DNA of 64,000 bases from Octopus bimaculoides (lineage: Eukaryota), in NCBI RefSeq assembly GCF_001194135.2, contig NC_068991.1:3961734-4025733 (forward strand), given 5' to 3'. The notes beneath the pieces are model-generated. The model saw nothing but the letters and a program-made list of their open reading frames with translations. It did no database searches and was not told the DNA's origin. Position numbers and translations under genes: made by a program. Within the stretch, counting starts at the first letter, position 1, and each line of letters starts with the position of its first letter. This document shows positions 1-13,360 of this stretch, piece after piece.

Positions 1-178
1 GCCGGGCGAAATGCTTAGCGTTATTTTGTCTGTCTTTACGTTCTGAGTTCAAATTCCACCGAGGTCGACTTTGCTTTCATCCTTTCGGGGTCGATAAATT
101 AAGTACCAGTTACGTACTGTTGTCGATCTAATCGACTGGGCCCATCCCCCAAAATTTCAGGCCTTGGGCTTCGAGAAG
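1..178 (+). mobile_element. SINE family A (tRNA-derived), cut by the window edge
   Basis: GAAATGCTTAGCG..GAGTTCAAATTCC.CCGAGGTCGACTTTGC.TTTCATCCTTTCGGGGTCGATAAATTAAGTACCAG, shared with more than 12 copies in the window. Confidence 0.85.
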
Positions 179-660
179 AAAAGAAATATGCATTTTATCC
201 GGCGCTTTTTCACATTTGTCAAAGGTACAGTTAAGTTTCTAAGGTCGATACAAAAGAAGATTTTCGGAGAGGAGATAAGTCAATCAAATATGACCCCAAG
301 TGCTTGATTAGTTTTTCATTTTCTCAACCTGTTTTAACTATGTTGGGATTTGAAGTCACAACGTAAGGAACCATATCTAAGTACCACAAGGCACTTACTT
401 GCTGTCTTAAGCAATACATTATCAAGTGTCAGAAAACGGCAGTCATAACTATTTCATTATTCTAGTTAGTATTTCAAGCATATATTTGTAGTCTTGAAGG
501 GATATCAATAAATTCTTTGTCGTAACAACTGTCTAGCAAGTTCACGTAGCAACTTTCAGAATGGTAAGCGAAAATTAATTAGCAATTCTCTTGTCACTAT
601 AGGCAATAAGGTCTTTATTAATTGTTTCTCCACGGCTATACACACGAACACTTTCACGCC

Positions 661-703
<43 letters not shown>

Positions 704-1035
704 NNNNNNNNNNNNNNNNNNNNNNNNNNNNNNNNNNNNNNNNNNNNNNNNNNNNNNNNNNNNNNNNNNNNNNNNNNNNNNNNNNNNNNNNNNNNNNNNN
801 NNNNNNNNNNNNNNNNNNNNNNNNNNNNNNNNNNNNNNNNNNNNNNNNNNNNNNNNNNNNNNNNNNNNNNNNNNNNNNNNNNNNNNNNNNNNNNNNNNNN
901 NNNNNNNNNNNNNNNNNNNNNNNNNNNNNNNNNNNNNNNNNNNNNNNNNNNNNNNNNNNNNNNNNNNNNNNNNNNNNNNNNNNNNNNNNNNNNNNNNNNN
1001 NNNNNNNNNNNNNNNNNNNNNNNNNNNNNNNNNNN

Positions 1036-1068
<33 letters not shown>

Positions 1069-1230
1069 GCTTAACAATTTGGTATTTAATTATTTTGTGT
1101 GACAAGAAACTTTTCACTTCCGCAGTGGTTTAATGTAACTTGCTCGTTGCGATTTCGATTCTGTGTGGAAACTACCTAATTTTGTAAATACTCATGTGTT
1201 CGGTTTAAATGATACAATATTCAAGTTCAT

Positions 1231-1420
1231 AAGGCGGCGAGCTGGCAGAATCGTTAGCACACCGTGCGAAATGCTTAGCGGTATTTCGTCTGCCTTTACG
1301 TTCGGAGTTCAAATTCCGCCGAGGTCGACCTTGCCTTTCATCTTTTCGGGGTTGATAAATTAAGTACCAGTTCCGTACTGGGGTAGATCTAATCGATTGG
1401 TCCCCTCCCCCAAAATTTCG
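1231..1420 (+). mobile_element. SINE family A, near full length
   Basis: Head GGCGGCGAGCTGGCAGAATCGTTAGC, B-box-like GAGTTCAAATTCC, conserved central block. Confidence 0.85.
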
Positions 1421-1579
1421 CGTTAGTGTTGTATGATTTGCATCTCTCATGCAGTTCTGTTCTATGTAGAAACCGTGCCAACTAACTGCTTACTCTATAC
1501 GCAAACATCTGCTCCAACATAAACAGGCTTTTAATCTCACTCACTCACTCATTCACTCCCAAGCCTTCTTTCTCTCTCC

Positions 1580-1616
<37 letters not shown>

Positions 1617-2413
1617 CATACACGTATATATATATATGTATATATATATACGACATCACTGGTATATGACAGTTTCTCTCTTTTATATTTTATATTCATA
1701 ATTGTTCTAGGTAGATAATATTAATAACATTTATATTAACATGTGAACAAAACATCTGTTATATTGCGGTAAGAGACACACACAGACGCACACACATGCA
1801 CACACAAACATGCATATGCGCAAGTGTGTGTGTGTGTGTGTGTGTGTATCTGTATACCTATGTATTTCTATATGCATGTATCTTTCTATGCATAATAGTC
1901 ATATAGATACAGATGTCGTGTTTCATTAACTCCAGCACAATTTTACATGTCAAACAGTCATTTTCACAGTCTTCGTTTATTATGGAGACATCATGTAGAT
2001 TGTGACATATGACTCTGGAGATAATTTCGCTGAAGGATTTGTCAAAATCGAAATATAAGTCATTATAATTCAACTTTACAAGAAATTGCTTTCTAAATAT
2101 TTCGTGATATTTGAATAGCTATGTAAAATATCTTTCGATTCTACCCGGAAAATATGTTTAATATTATATAACAGACGGTTGCTTTCTATGTATGATAACA
2201 GCTTCTTGAATATAATTTACGTTATAATGTCATGTTGGATAATAGTTTAGAAAGAGATATTTCTTTACAATTTTGCCAAAATATAATTCTCTTTTCTTCT
2301 ATATTTAAATCAGAGTTAATAAATCCAATTTTGTCGAATGTTGAAAACTTTCGGTTCAACAGATCCATTCATCCATTTACCCATATTGTCTGTCCGCTAT
2401 TCCACAGTGGGGT

Positions 2414-2592
2414 GCCTAGTATTTATTCTTGCGTTATCTTTTGCCGAACTGCTAGGTTACGGGGAAGTAAACACACCAACAACGGCTGTCACGCGATAGT
2501 GGGGGACAAATACAAACAAATACACACACACACATATATATATACGACGGGCTACTTTCAGTTTCCGTCACTTGCCCAAGGTGCCACGCAGT
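2414..2592 (-). mobile_element. SINE family B, internally deleted
   Basis: GCCGAACTGCTAGGTTACGGGGAAGTAAACACACC...ACGACGGGCTACTTTCAGTTTCCGTC...TTGCCCAAGGTGCCACGCAG. Confidence 0.7.
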
Positions 2593-2698
2593 ACATACAT
2601 ACATACACACACACATATATATATCATATATAATATATATATTTATATATAGGCACATATATATATACACACACACACACACACGTATATATATGTAT

Positions 2699-2755
<57 letters not shown>

Positions 2756-3214
2756 TTGTGCGTTTCATTGTGTGTTGACGGCTATTGAGCAAGAAACGTT
2801 TCCAGGAGTGTTCTCTCATGTCCAAAATATAATCTTGTCCTTCACCTCAATACTGTGTCCTCATTGGTCTGAATTGCCATTTGATAATTACGGCACATTT
2901 TTAATAGTCCTAGCAAATCTTAATGAATCAAGAATTTATGTGGTATGGTTTTTGATGCACCTCTGTCAATGTCGATCAAAAATATTCAACGGCCAATCTT
3001 AACTCATATTGTTTTACATTTATTCTTATCTCATTTTTTGAATGGAATTTGAAAGCAGGACTAAACGCTACAAGTTCGTTCATCAACCATTACAATCTGC
3101 ATCTTCAGTCTAGTAATGCGACTCAGAAATGCAAATGTCTTCTAACGTAGACATAGGGCTACAAATTTAGGCGGAAGGATTGGTCTGTTAAATATTTTTC
3201 CAAGATTTAACTAG

Positions 3215-3596
3215 TACAGTGATACCTCGCAGTACGAGTTTAATTCGTTCCACGACCGATCTCGTCTCACGATTTAGTCGCTTAACAAATCGATTTTCCC
3301 TAATTGAAATTAATTAAAATATAATTAATCCGTTTCGGCCCCACAAAACCACTCAAAAAGAATTTTTTATGGATTTTAAAACAGAAAAGGCGTAGTTACA
3401 AGTAAAATCACAATTATAAAAAAGAGAACGCGAAAGAAATATGTAAACTGGTTTTATTAACTGAATTACCTTAAACATGAGCCGATTTGTGTGCGGATTG
3501 CCGTTCGTACTTCAAGACAAAAATACGCACGAGTCTCGGCTCGCACCGCAAATTACTCGTACAACGAGGCCACTCGTACTTCAAGGTTCTATTATG
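3215..3596. mobile_element. Pogo/Tigger-type MITE, degenerate
   Basis: Starts TA-CAGTGATACCTCGCAGTACGAGT and ends ACTCGTACTTCAAGGTTC, an imperfect inverted match. Confidence 0.5.
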
Positions 3597-4450
3597 TTTT
3601 ATTTGATCAATCCGGTGAGTTGTCTCGGCGGGACTTGAAATGTATCTGGATAACTTTATGCGGGTGAACCTCTTTGGAACATAACACTATTTTTTGATGT
3701 CGGACATTTGTTTCTGTTTCCTGCCACTTGTGTCCTAGGTGTTCGTCAATAAAACAAAAATGCTATTTTAATCGCAGAAGTACATTTTAAAATTAAAAAT
3801 GTCTGTAAACTTAATTAATTAAGAAAATATATATTTAGTGCCAATGGAAACCTATTCCGGGCCCTATTAGGGGTGCGCTGTCCTGATCGAGAAACACTGT
3901 CTTAGGCTGTACGACCAGTTATGAAAATTTGTTGTGTTATTTATAGTTTCTTGTTATTTGAGCGAAGTATTTGGTTCCGAGACTTCCAGACTCATAGCTA
4001 TTTATTCATCGTCATTAGAAAAAGAGAAAAAAAATGTTTCGACGATGCGTTTTAATTTGGACACGTTACCAATGAAATAACAACTACAATAATGAGTCAA
4101 AATAACCTCTTAACTCGATATTGTCAATAACAAATATTGATACAGTATTTGCCAATACTGTCAATGGTGATTATAAATAAAACGATCACCAATATTAAAT
4201 AAAACTTTAGGAGAAAAATACAAACAAATATGATACTCAGTCAAAAAAAGGTCGATAACATATGCAGTCATGGAGAGATGGTTAAGAAGCAAGGATTTGC
4301 GAAAACCAGTTTCTGGTTTCGATCCTCTGCAAGAAGATTGGCTCATTGACATTTATTATGACCTCAGTTTGAGAATACATTGTGCGAATAGAACTTGGTG
4401 GATGCTAACGGTTTGATGGACCATCGTGTATGTACATACATACAAATATA

Positions 4451-4498
<48 letters not shown>

Positions 4499-4596
4499 CA
4501 CACACACACATACTCCACCACATATATATACCGTTACCAAGAGGTTCGTCAAAAAAACTGACAATAAACACCAGACTTTTGTCTTCTTCCATTTTT

Positions 4597-4666
<70 letters not shown>

Positions 4667-5544
4667 CGTCATCCGAAACCGTCTTTGTATTCAATATCTA
4701 TGCTTGAGTGTAAATAATTTCACAAAATATAGTGCGAATGAAATGCAGATATCTTGTACTTCCTGCTAGCTAGCATTAAGCATCTGCCTCCATTGTTTAG
4801 TCGGCAAAAGATCTAAAAGTAACCCAGTACGGCTGACGAGCATACAGAACCCTTGTAGAACGAAATGCTAAATTTTAATCTCGTATTTATTTAGCATAGA
4901 GTTGTTTATATCATCCGAGGGAAACACATTTTGATAACTTATTTTCCTTCACTGAATTACTAACATCATTTCAAGCAACAGAGGGTAAGTCTACAATTGA
5001 TATTTGCAAAGTAAAACCCGTAAAAATTCATAATGGAACTAAGTGATTTGAGAAAGCACTAAAAGAATTCTTACAGCCTTTCAGAATTCTACCAATATAT
5101 TTATGAACGTAGACAAAACCAAGAGCTTTTATGAAATATAGAGACGTATTTCTAATGTATTGCTATTACGTAATATTACAAAGACTTATAAAACGACCAA
5201 CCTAGAACAATAATGTGGTAAACCACACACAAACACTAGCAACATTTTGTTTTGTAAGCTTCTGAGAAATTATGAATCGTAGACTTATGAATGCGTGCGC
5301 ATTTTTCTATACGTGCATTCTGAAACATGTGTGAGTATGTTTGTTTCGTGTTGTCGTATACAGCAAATAAACGCAGGCGCATGCACACGCAGTGAAAACA
5401 CAGACACACAAACAGCAGTCGACGCATTCACATAACCAACTTCAGCTCCCTGTTTGAGCATTTCATAATTCAACAGCAAATCTCTTTCGTTCTACTTCAG
5501 CCCACTCGAAAAATGGTCGTCTCATAAATACACGTGGAGTTACA

Positions 5545-5812
5545 CGCCACTTTACCGCTAAGCATTTCTGCCAGCTAGCCGCCTTATTTCCGAAAAATAT
5601 TCTTTTCTACTCAAGATACAAGGCCCAAAATTTTTTGTGGAAGGAGGCCCGTCGATTAGATCGACTCCAGTACATAAATGGTGCTTAATTTATAGAAAGG
5701 ATGAAAGGCAAAGTCGACCACGGTGGAAATTGAACTCAGAACGTAAAGACAGACGAGATACCGCTAAGCATTTCGCCCGACGTGCTAACGTTTCTGCCAG
5801 CTCGCCGCCTTA
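5545..5812 (-). mobile_element. SINE family A copy plus an adjacent internally deleted head
   Basis: Full copy at about 5605-5811. Short head CCGCTAAGCATTTCTGCCAGCTAGCCGCC at about 5555-5586. Confidence 0.8.
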
Positions 5813-6253
5813 CAAACACATATATATTGACACACAAAGACAATCACAAGATAAACACAATCACATAGATGTATCCAACCACACACACCAACAAACAAAT
5901 CAAGTACACGCAAGCACACATATGTAAATGCGCACACACTGGTATAAATGAGCAGCCAACCACACTCAGGTTCCTAGTTGGATACGACCAAGCGCCTCCC
6001 CCCCCCACACAGACACACACGCAACATGCGCATGCGCACACGACCTAAATTGCATTAGTAAAAAAAGAACACTTGACGACAACACTGTTCGTAATCAGTA
6101 TAAGAGCAGATACACAAACGATAGTAGCACATTAACGAATTGTTAGAAATCGAAATGAGGCAAACTTAATAAACAAACAGAACAAGGAGAGGAGAAACCA
6201 GCAAATTGTATATAAAAATATATATATAATTACACACAAACATTTTAAAATGC

Positions 6254-6296
<43 letters not shown>

Positions 6297-6360
6297 ATTT
6301 ATATGTGTATGTACATCCCACACACAAACATGCACACACACATATTGGATATGCATATAC

Positions 6361-6435
<75 letters not shown>

Positions 6436-7590
6436 CGCGTAATTGTTTGTGACTGTGTACACATGTATAGGTGCATCTACGTATAGATTTTTTACATATA
6501 ATTGTTCACAGCCAAACATATGATGTATATATACATGCGTACACACGCTTGCAATACAAACGTACAAACACGTATCACTCGAACATCCTACGTGCAAACA
6601 TAAGCAGTTTCTCACAGACACACGCACACCACCCACACCTACACAAACACACACACATACACACACATACCAACATATACACAAAATACAAACACACACT
6701 GAATACAAATGAACACACACACATGCCCACATCAAACGCATTAAGAATTCACTTTTCGCCAAGATATATTCTTCACACGCACAAGCATTACACAAAATCA
6801 GGTGTCTTTGGCAACCAGTGCCAAGAATATACTCTAACCAACCATAGCACCTGTGGAAATCAAATGCAATGAACGAAAACTTTCGCGACGTCCAATTTCT
6901 AATGAACTTTCTTTTGCCATTAACCGTTTTAACGCCTCCATATTTATTCGTTGTAATGTTATAAATTCGCCACCATTCTAACATAGTGACTGCTTTCATT
7001 CCAATCATAGGTACTGAGATATTAAGTGGGCTGAAAAGCTTGCAACTCTGTGAATCAGTCTCCTCCAAAGCAATCACTTAATAGGTTAAAAACTAAATAT
7101 ACTTGATCACAACTGCAGTTTAATTTGTCAAGCGTTTGGGAAGGGTGAAATTACGCCACATTGATCGAGCTCACTAAAGATATACATCGTCGTGTATTTA
7201 ACCAAATATATTTCGTGACAGCTTCTCTGTATATATATATATATATATATANNNNNNNNNNNNNNNNNNNNNNNNNNNNNNNNNNNNNNNNNNNNNNNNN
7301 NNNNNNNNNNNNNNNNNNNNNNNNNNNNNNNNNNNNNNNNNNNNNNNNNNNNNNNNNNNNNNNNNNNNNNNNNNNNNNNNNNNNNNNNNNNNNNNNNNNN
7401 NNNNNNNNNNNNNNNNNNNNNNNNNNNNNNNNNNNNNNNNNATATGTATGTATGTATATATGAGTTAGGATATAACACAACATTTTAACATCTTATCTCC
7501 TCCGTTTTTGACAAATACGATTGGATTTGTAGAACATTATTCCTTAAATTAATCCTATACTTAATACATACATACGTACATACCTACATT

Positions 7591-7635
<45 letters not shown>

Positions 7636-7636
<1 letters not shown>

Positions 7637-7799
7637 CGACGGGCTTCTTTCAGTTTCCGTGTACCAAATCCACTCACAAGGCTGTGATCGGCCCGAGGCT
7701 ATAGTAGAAGACACTTGCCCAAGGTGCCACGCAGTGTGACTACGCAGTGTGACTGAACCCGGAATCATGTGGTTGGGAAGCAAGCTTCTTACGTCACAG
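7636..7799 (-). mobile_element. SINE family B 5' half
   Basis: ACGACGGGCTTCTTTCAGTTTCCG...CCAAGGTGCCACGCAG...CTGAACCCGGAATCATGTGGTTGGGAAGC. Confidence 0.8.
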
Positions 7800-8324
7800 T
7801 ATAGTTGTTAATTGGATACGAAACCTGACCAGTGGCAACTGATTATCCCGCGATGCGTCCAGGTACTAAGCAATTAACGCAACACCTGAGGGCTCCAGAC
7901 AATGTCCAATTTTCGTAACTATACAGCATGCCAGGGAGGACAAGAGAGCTGAAGATCCGAACCTTTGTCCTCTTGCTCAGATACTTTCATGAGTATGGAT
8001 CAATGTAATTTATATTGTGTTTTTAATCACTGCACACGCATTAGAGAAACTATTTCCGGAAGAAAACCGCAGTTAATTTGCCGTTTCATGATGTATTCAC
8101 ATTAAATATGATACTCACATGGCAATTGTGGTACATGTTCATGTATTGATAAATCAAGTGGTTTATATATTCACGAATAATCAAATTCTAGAAAGAATTA
8201 ATTATCAATTATGAGGCATAAAATTTCAATTGCGAATGCGATGATACAATTAATGAGGCTGAAAGCCATCGTTATAGTAGAGCCAGTGTAATGAAGTCGA
8301 TAGCAAGGAGGATGATGGCGAATG

Positions 8325-8452
8325 GCATAGTTGTTAGCACGTTTCACTCACAATTGAAAGATCCTGGTTTCGATTCTCGAACAGGGTGGTGCGTTGTTCA
8401 ATTCATTTTATGTTACTCTGGTCACCTAGGCTGTAAATGAGTAACTCCGAAA
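8325..8452 (+). mobile_element. Degenerate tRNA-headed SINE fragment
   Basis: TGGCATAGTTGTTAGC..GGTTTCGATTCTC..GGCTGTAAATGAGTA. Confidence 0.5.
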
Positions 8453-8515
8453 CGGTCTGACGTCTCCGTTCAGGGGACAAAGTTTTGATCTCGCTCGCTT
8501 ACACGCCATGAAAAT

Positions 8516-8830
8516 GGTACTCCGTGGGTTACGACGACGAGGGTTTCGGTTGATCCGATGAACCGGACAGTCTGCTCGTGAAATTAACGTGAAAGCGGCT
8601 GACCGCTCCACGAACACATGCATCCTTAACGTAGTTCTCAGGGAGGTTCAGCGTGACACAGAATGCGACGAGGCAGCATCCCTTTGAAATTACAGATACT
8701 ACTCATTTTTGCTAGGACTAGAGTGACCCGAAATAAAGTGTCTTGCTCAAAAACACAACACAACGACAAGGATCGAGCTCTCGACATTACGACCATGAGC
8801 CGAATGCTCTAACCACTGAGCCACACACGT
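8516..8830 (-). mobile_element. SINE family C, diverged
   Basis: The reverse complement matches 24006-24312 (GTGGCTCAGTGGTTAGAGC, GAGAACTACGTTAAG, CACGTTAATTTCACGAGCAG). Confidence 0.75.
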
Positions 8831-8924
8831 TCTGTTGTCATACACCATGGAAACCGAGTAACTGTCCCTATGGGTCCTAGGACTCGACACAGTAATATCC
8901 AGAGTTTGATGATGGTGATGATGA

Positions 8925-8958
<34 letters not shown>

Positions 8959-8960
8959 GG

Positions 8961-9063
8961 TCTTCATCAGGTGTCTTGGAGGAAATCTCGAACCTGGGTT
9001 CTCATTCCCAAGGTATTTTTCGATGTTGTTGTTGTTATAATTATTATTATAATTATAATAATA

Positions 9064-9110
<47 letters not shown>

Positions 9111-9356
9111 GTTGTTGTTGTTGTTGTTTTTTTCTTCTTCTTCAAATTTTCTTCCATTTCTCGCCGAGTGTTTCCCGTACACCTAGGGCAGAGAAGCTCA
9201 TTGTATGCATTCCCAGTTTACACACGCAAATTCACAGGTAAAATATGTATTTAAAAAGAAAATTAATAAATAAAAAAGTCATATTATTATTATTATTATT
9301 ATTCAGGTCACTGCTTGAAATCGAACTAGTAGCCCACGCTCTTAACCACTACGTCT
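8961..9356 (-). repeat. Second copy of the tRNA-like/(TAA)n/hammerhead module, truncated and interrupted
   Basis: Head at about 9303-9356 with an internal deletion. Expanded (TAA)n. Spacer TACCTTGGGAATGAGAACCCAGGTTCGA. Only the 5' half of the ribozyme (GACAC-CTGATGA-AG) remains, at about 8962-8975. Confidence 0.65.
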
Positions 9357-9470
9357 CTACACATCTCCTTTCTTGACCACATCTATCAAATCAACAGAGA
9401 TATGTCTACAATATAAAACATAAATGCGATATTTACAAGAACTTCTAAACGATAACTCCTAACTTCTAAA

Positions 9471-9601
9471 GTTATCGCTAGTTTGGTTGATTTAAATGCC
9501 AACCGTATTTATACATTTCACTTCAAGTTAACTTTGACTTGGACTCTTTCGAAGTTCGATGAAATACGGTTGGCATTTAAACCAGCCAAACTAACGATAA
9601 C
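9471..9601. repeat. 131-bp hairpin/MITE-like element just 3' of the TSSK stop
   Basis: 40-bp inverted arms 9471-9510 / 9562-9601 (37/40 match). Flanks TTCTAAA / TTCTACA are a possible TSD. Confidence 0.7.
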
Positions 9602-9761
9602 TTCTACAATAACTTCTAAAGCACGTCTGGGCCATTTTGAGGCGGTGGAAAAGAAAGGAACAATAACGACGAATATGGTGGATGGATATAGAGTTTTGCC
9701 AGCATATAGAACAATATAAATACACAAATAATTGGACCTAGAAAGATTGTTTGTCTCTTTT

Positions 9762-10037
9762 TCATTTGGCACTCACTTTGTCTGGATTCACAGAAGAAAC
9801 GGACACTCTTGAAGATGTTGCTGATACCGCCGATTTATGAGTATCATTCATCCACGAACTGCCTAGAATGTCCTGTACTTTTAATCGGGTTTCGGTGTCT
9901 GGACATAGAATTCCCTTTATGAGGCTTTTACAAGCACGTGATATGTTCCTCTTCTTTCTAAAGTTAAACCTCTGGTGTAGCTGATCCGAAATCGTTTTCT
10001 TAATGTTGCTATCGTCGAATGGCATTGCTGCACAGAT
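9762..10037 (-). CDS. TSSK: TSSK-family kinase, terminal coding exon 4 (91 codons + stop)
   Basis: Acceptor tattattcttcag|, then ICAAMPFDDSNIKKTISDQLHQRFNF...RLKVQDILGSSWM...KVSAK*. MPFDDSNIKK matches the TSSK1/2 MPYDDSNIKK motif. Confidence 0.94.
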   Translation of the reverse strand: MCAAMPFDDSNIKKTISDQLHQRFNFRKKRNISRACKSLIKGILCPDTETRLKVQDILGSSWMNDTHKSAVSATSSRVSVSSVNPDKVSAK

Positions 10038-10228
10038 CTGAAGAATAATAAAAATAGCGTGTGGTAAGGTACATTATCGAAAATTTCAGACAAAATGAAA
10101 TTATATCTTCAAACAAAAATAATTGTATTGATTTAAAGCCATTTTCAACCATGAATGCTATTCTATATTTTTGAGATGGGGAATTAAATTATATTGGACG
10201 GATTGGTGACCACATATTGTTTGTTGTT

Positions 10229-10274
10229 ATCACAATGTTTCGGCTGATGTACTCTCCGGCCTTCATCAGGTGTT
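10229..10274 (-). ncRNA. Minimal hammerhead ribozyme motif (degenerate)
   Basis: AACAC-CTGATGA-A-GGCCG..CAGCC-GAAA-CATT-GTGAT. Core intact; the palindromic ACGT at stem III is mutated to ACAT. Confidence 0.65.
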
Positions 10275-10618
10275 CTGGTGGAATTTCGAACCCAACCTTT
10301 TATTTCATTAATGCACAGCCCCCACTTAAAGTAAAGGTAGAGGAACATCGTAAAGCTGTGACACGAGAGGGTGTTGAAAAATCGGGTATAGCCGATCATG
10401 TATGGAAAAATTGAGACACCGCCTGCTGTGGGATGAAGTTAAAATAATTGACAGAGAACACCACGGAAAATAGAAAATTAAATGTGGCTGCACATGCTAG
10501 GACACAATAACCTCCTAAGCAGACCTAGCGCATATATAAATGTAATATAGGAACCAGTATTGAGAAAGATTAAAATACTAGGTTTATAAGCCCTAAATTT
10601 CATTCTATATTTGCCTAC

Positions 10619-10740
10619 GGTTATATATCGTGGCGGATAAGAGCGCGGTCTACTAACCATCGGATTGTAAGTTCAATCACAAGCAGGGACTTGAAAAATA
10701 ATATCATCAGAAAGATAACATACCTTAGGAATGAAAACAG
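10619..10740 (+). repeat. Degenerate tRNA-like head and spacer of the tRNA/(TAA)n/hammerhead module
   Basis: Aligns by eye to the reverse complement of 37030-37180 (GATAAGAGCGCGGTCTACTAAC...AGTTCAATCAC; ATACCTTAGGAATGA). Confidence 0.6.
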
Positions 10741-12167
10741 TGTACTCCATTAGTGAAATAATGGTTTGGTTCGAACGGAGAGTACATCAGCCGAAACGTT
10801 GTGGTAACAACAAACAAGGTGAGAACACCAATCCGTCCATTGTAAATAATGTAACAACCATGAATGTTGTAAATTAACAAACATCTACTAATTTCTGATC
10901 CACCCCAAACTTTTAATGTTTTTCTGCAATATGACCATGTATATTTTATAGCAATGACTATACAAGAAAGGTAGAAATGATTTCATAAATGTAGCAACGT
11001 TGGTTCGAATCTAATGATTACCTTAAACCCAACCCCGACCATATCTTTGCCGTACACAATGCATGGATATAAGGGAGAAAATTCATTTAGTATCAGTCTT
11101 CTTTGAATAATTATTCTCAATATGTTGGCTCAAAATTTCGCCGCCATCACGATTCTTATCTTGCAAACAAATGTGTAACGCATGATAAATATCTCTCTAA
11201 ACAATCGAAAATGGTGGACATATTTCTCCAGGATATAAAGTTAAATAAACAGGAAAGAGTATATTAAAATTGTTGTGTTGGACAGATGAATATTTTACAA
11301 TGCTGACCAGGTTAATTTGTTTTTGTACGACAAAAACTTTCGACCAGACCTATCGTCACGTTATGCACACAATTATACACGGAGAAAACTTCGGAAGTAA
11401 AAGATGAATGGCCTAACGCTTTATATCGTGAATTTGCCACATAAAACGTGTCGTAATACTTTGCATAAAAGTGTTTTATGGACAGAAACTTATTATGACA
11501 GAATGGTCAGATTTATGCATTCAATCGATACACAGCGTTAGTATCTTTGTACAAAAACATAACATCCATACCACGCGGTATTCTTGTTCATAGTGGCCAG
11601 ACATTTCTACACAATTTGCTTTGCTCCGAGATTTATAGCGTAAAAATAACGAAGACAACCAATTGTGTCTCCAAGTAGTTTTCACGGTTCGGTTTGGGGA
11701 GGAAGAGCGCAGCACAGAGATCTATCGAGGCCCTACGTGTCAGTCAGGGAGGACTTGGTGGAAACTACCTATCCATACGCTATCCGTATGCCAGAAGACA
11801 TGTTGCGGTGTTAAATCGAGTGACGTATTTTCCTGCAATCATGATTGAAACCTACAGTAGACATCAAGTTCTTGTGGAGCAAGAAAGAAATATATAAAGA
11901 TGATATACAATGAAAATGAAAAGAAGAGACAGACAAAGAAGTAGAGGAATCATCGAGAAATTTCCCAGGTGAGACAAATCATTGTTATTCAGAGAGCAAA
12001 TACAGACTCTTATTTTTTTTAAGATACTTTCTTAATGGAATCATATATTTCGTACTAAAATGAAATTATCGCTAACAAGAATCTCCATTTCTATTATAGT
12101 CACAATCTAGCACAAGTTAGGAATGAGTATGGTGCTTTAACAGAACGCAGTACTTCATTGGTATCGA

Positions 12168-12256
12168 TATTTCATCGAACTTCGAAAGAGTACAAGACAA
12201 AGTTAACTTGAAGAGAAATGAGTGAATACGGTTGGCGTTTAAATCAGCCAAACTAA
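12168..12256 (-). repeat. Inverted partial copy of the 9471-9601 element in TSSK intron 3
   Basis: Its reverse complement aligns with 9478-9568. Confidence 0.7.
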
Positions 12257-12344
12257 GAATTTCGATTTCCAACAGCAGCAACAGCAAGAAGAAGAATCGT
12301 AATTATTCTCTTAAATTTCATTTTCTTTTCTTTTTTATTTTGAC

Positions 12345-12715
12345 ACAATACCAGCACTTTTGATGGGAAGCGGGGACTGCAGCACTTGAGTGGTACTCAT
12401 TTTATCGACTCCGAAAGGAGGAAAAGTAAACCTGACCTCGGTGGAATTTGAACTCAGAGCGCAAAGACGGACAAAGTGCTTAGCGGCATTTTGTCCGGCG
12501 TGCCCACGATTCTACAAAATCGCTGCCTTGCAGTTTCGGAGAAGAGTGTAAGACGATTACATCCACCCCAGTTTTTAACTGGTACTTATTTTTATCGTAG
12601 AAAAAAAGGATGAAAGGCAAAGTTGACCTCAGCGGAATTTGAACTTGGAACGTAATGAGCCGGAAGAATCATCGCTGATCAATTCGTCCGACGTTCTAAC
12701 GATGTTGCTAGGTCA
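12345..12715 (-). mobile_element. Two tandem diverged family A SINEs in TSSK intron 3
   Basis: The GACCTC.GCGGAATTTGAACT block occurs twice (about 12430 and 12625). Confidence 0.75.
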
Positions 12716-12905
12716 GGCTGGAGCCTTCTTTTGTTAGAAGCAAAACCACCTAATGCCTACGAGGGCGTCTAGGTGATTTTGCTCCAGTATTTCTAACTAT
12801 CATTGCATAACCCTGCGACTGACTGACCTTACGGTTTTGAGGCAATGTTGTGATTTCAGTCATTTACATGCCATAGAAACCGAATAACTGGTCCCACGAC
12901 TTCTA

Positions 12906-13247
<342 letters not shown>

Positions 13248-13360
13248 CTACACACACGCACAAAAGCTGACAGGCCCATTACTCCTTGGAGGCCTTCGTC
13301 CCGTTTCATAACGGACTGCGTATTAAGTAATCGGTTATGTAAATGAGATTATAAAATAAG

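Larger units (their letters stand above)
10186..10855 (+). mobile_element. 5'-truncated Penelope-like element remnant with an inverted pseudo-LTR segment
   Basis: 10312-10575 reads (broken) PLKVKVEEHRKAVTREGVEKSGIADHVWK..LLWDEVKIIDREH..AAHMLGHNNLLSRPS, like the C-terminal half of a PLE GIY-YIG endonuclease; the GIY/YIG motifs themselves are absent. 10186-10258 is an inverted copy of about 10777-10850. Confidence 0.75.

Noticed and set aside
6166-7077. 303-aa minus-strand ORF
   Set aside because: Two thirds is CA/TA repeat translation, and the unique N-terminal part has no recognisable motif.
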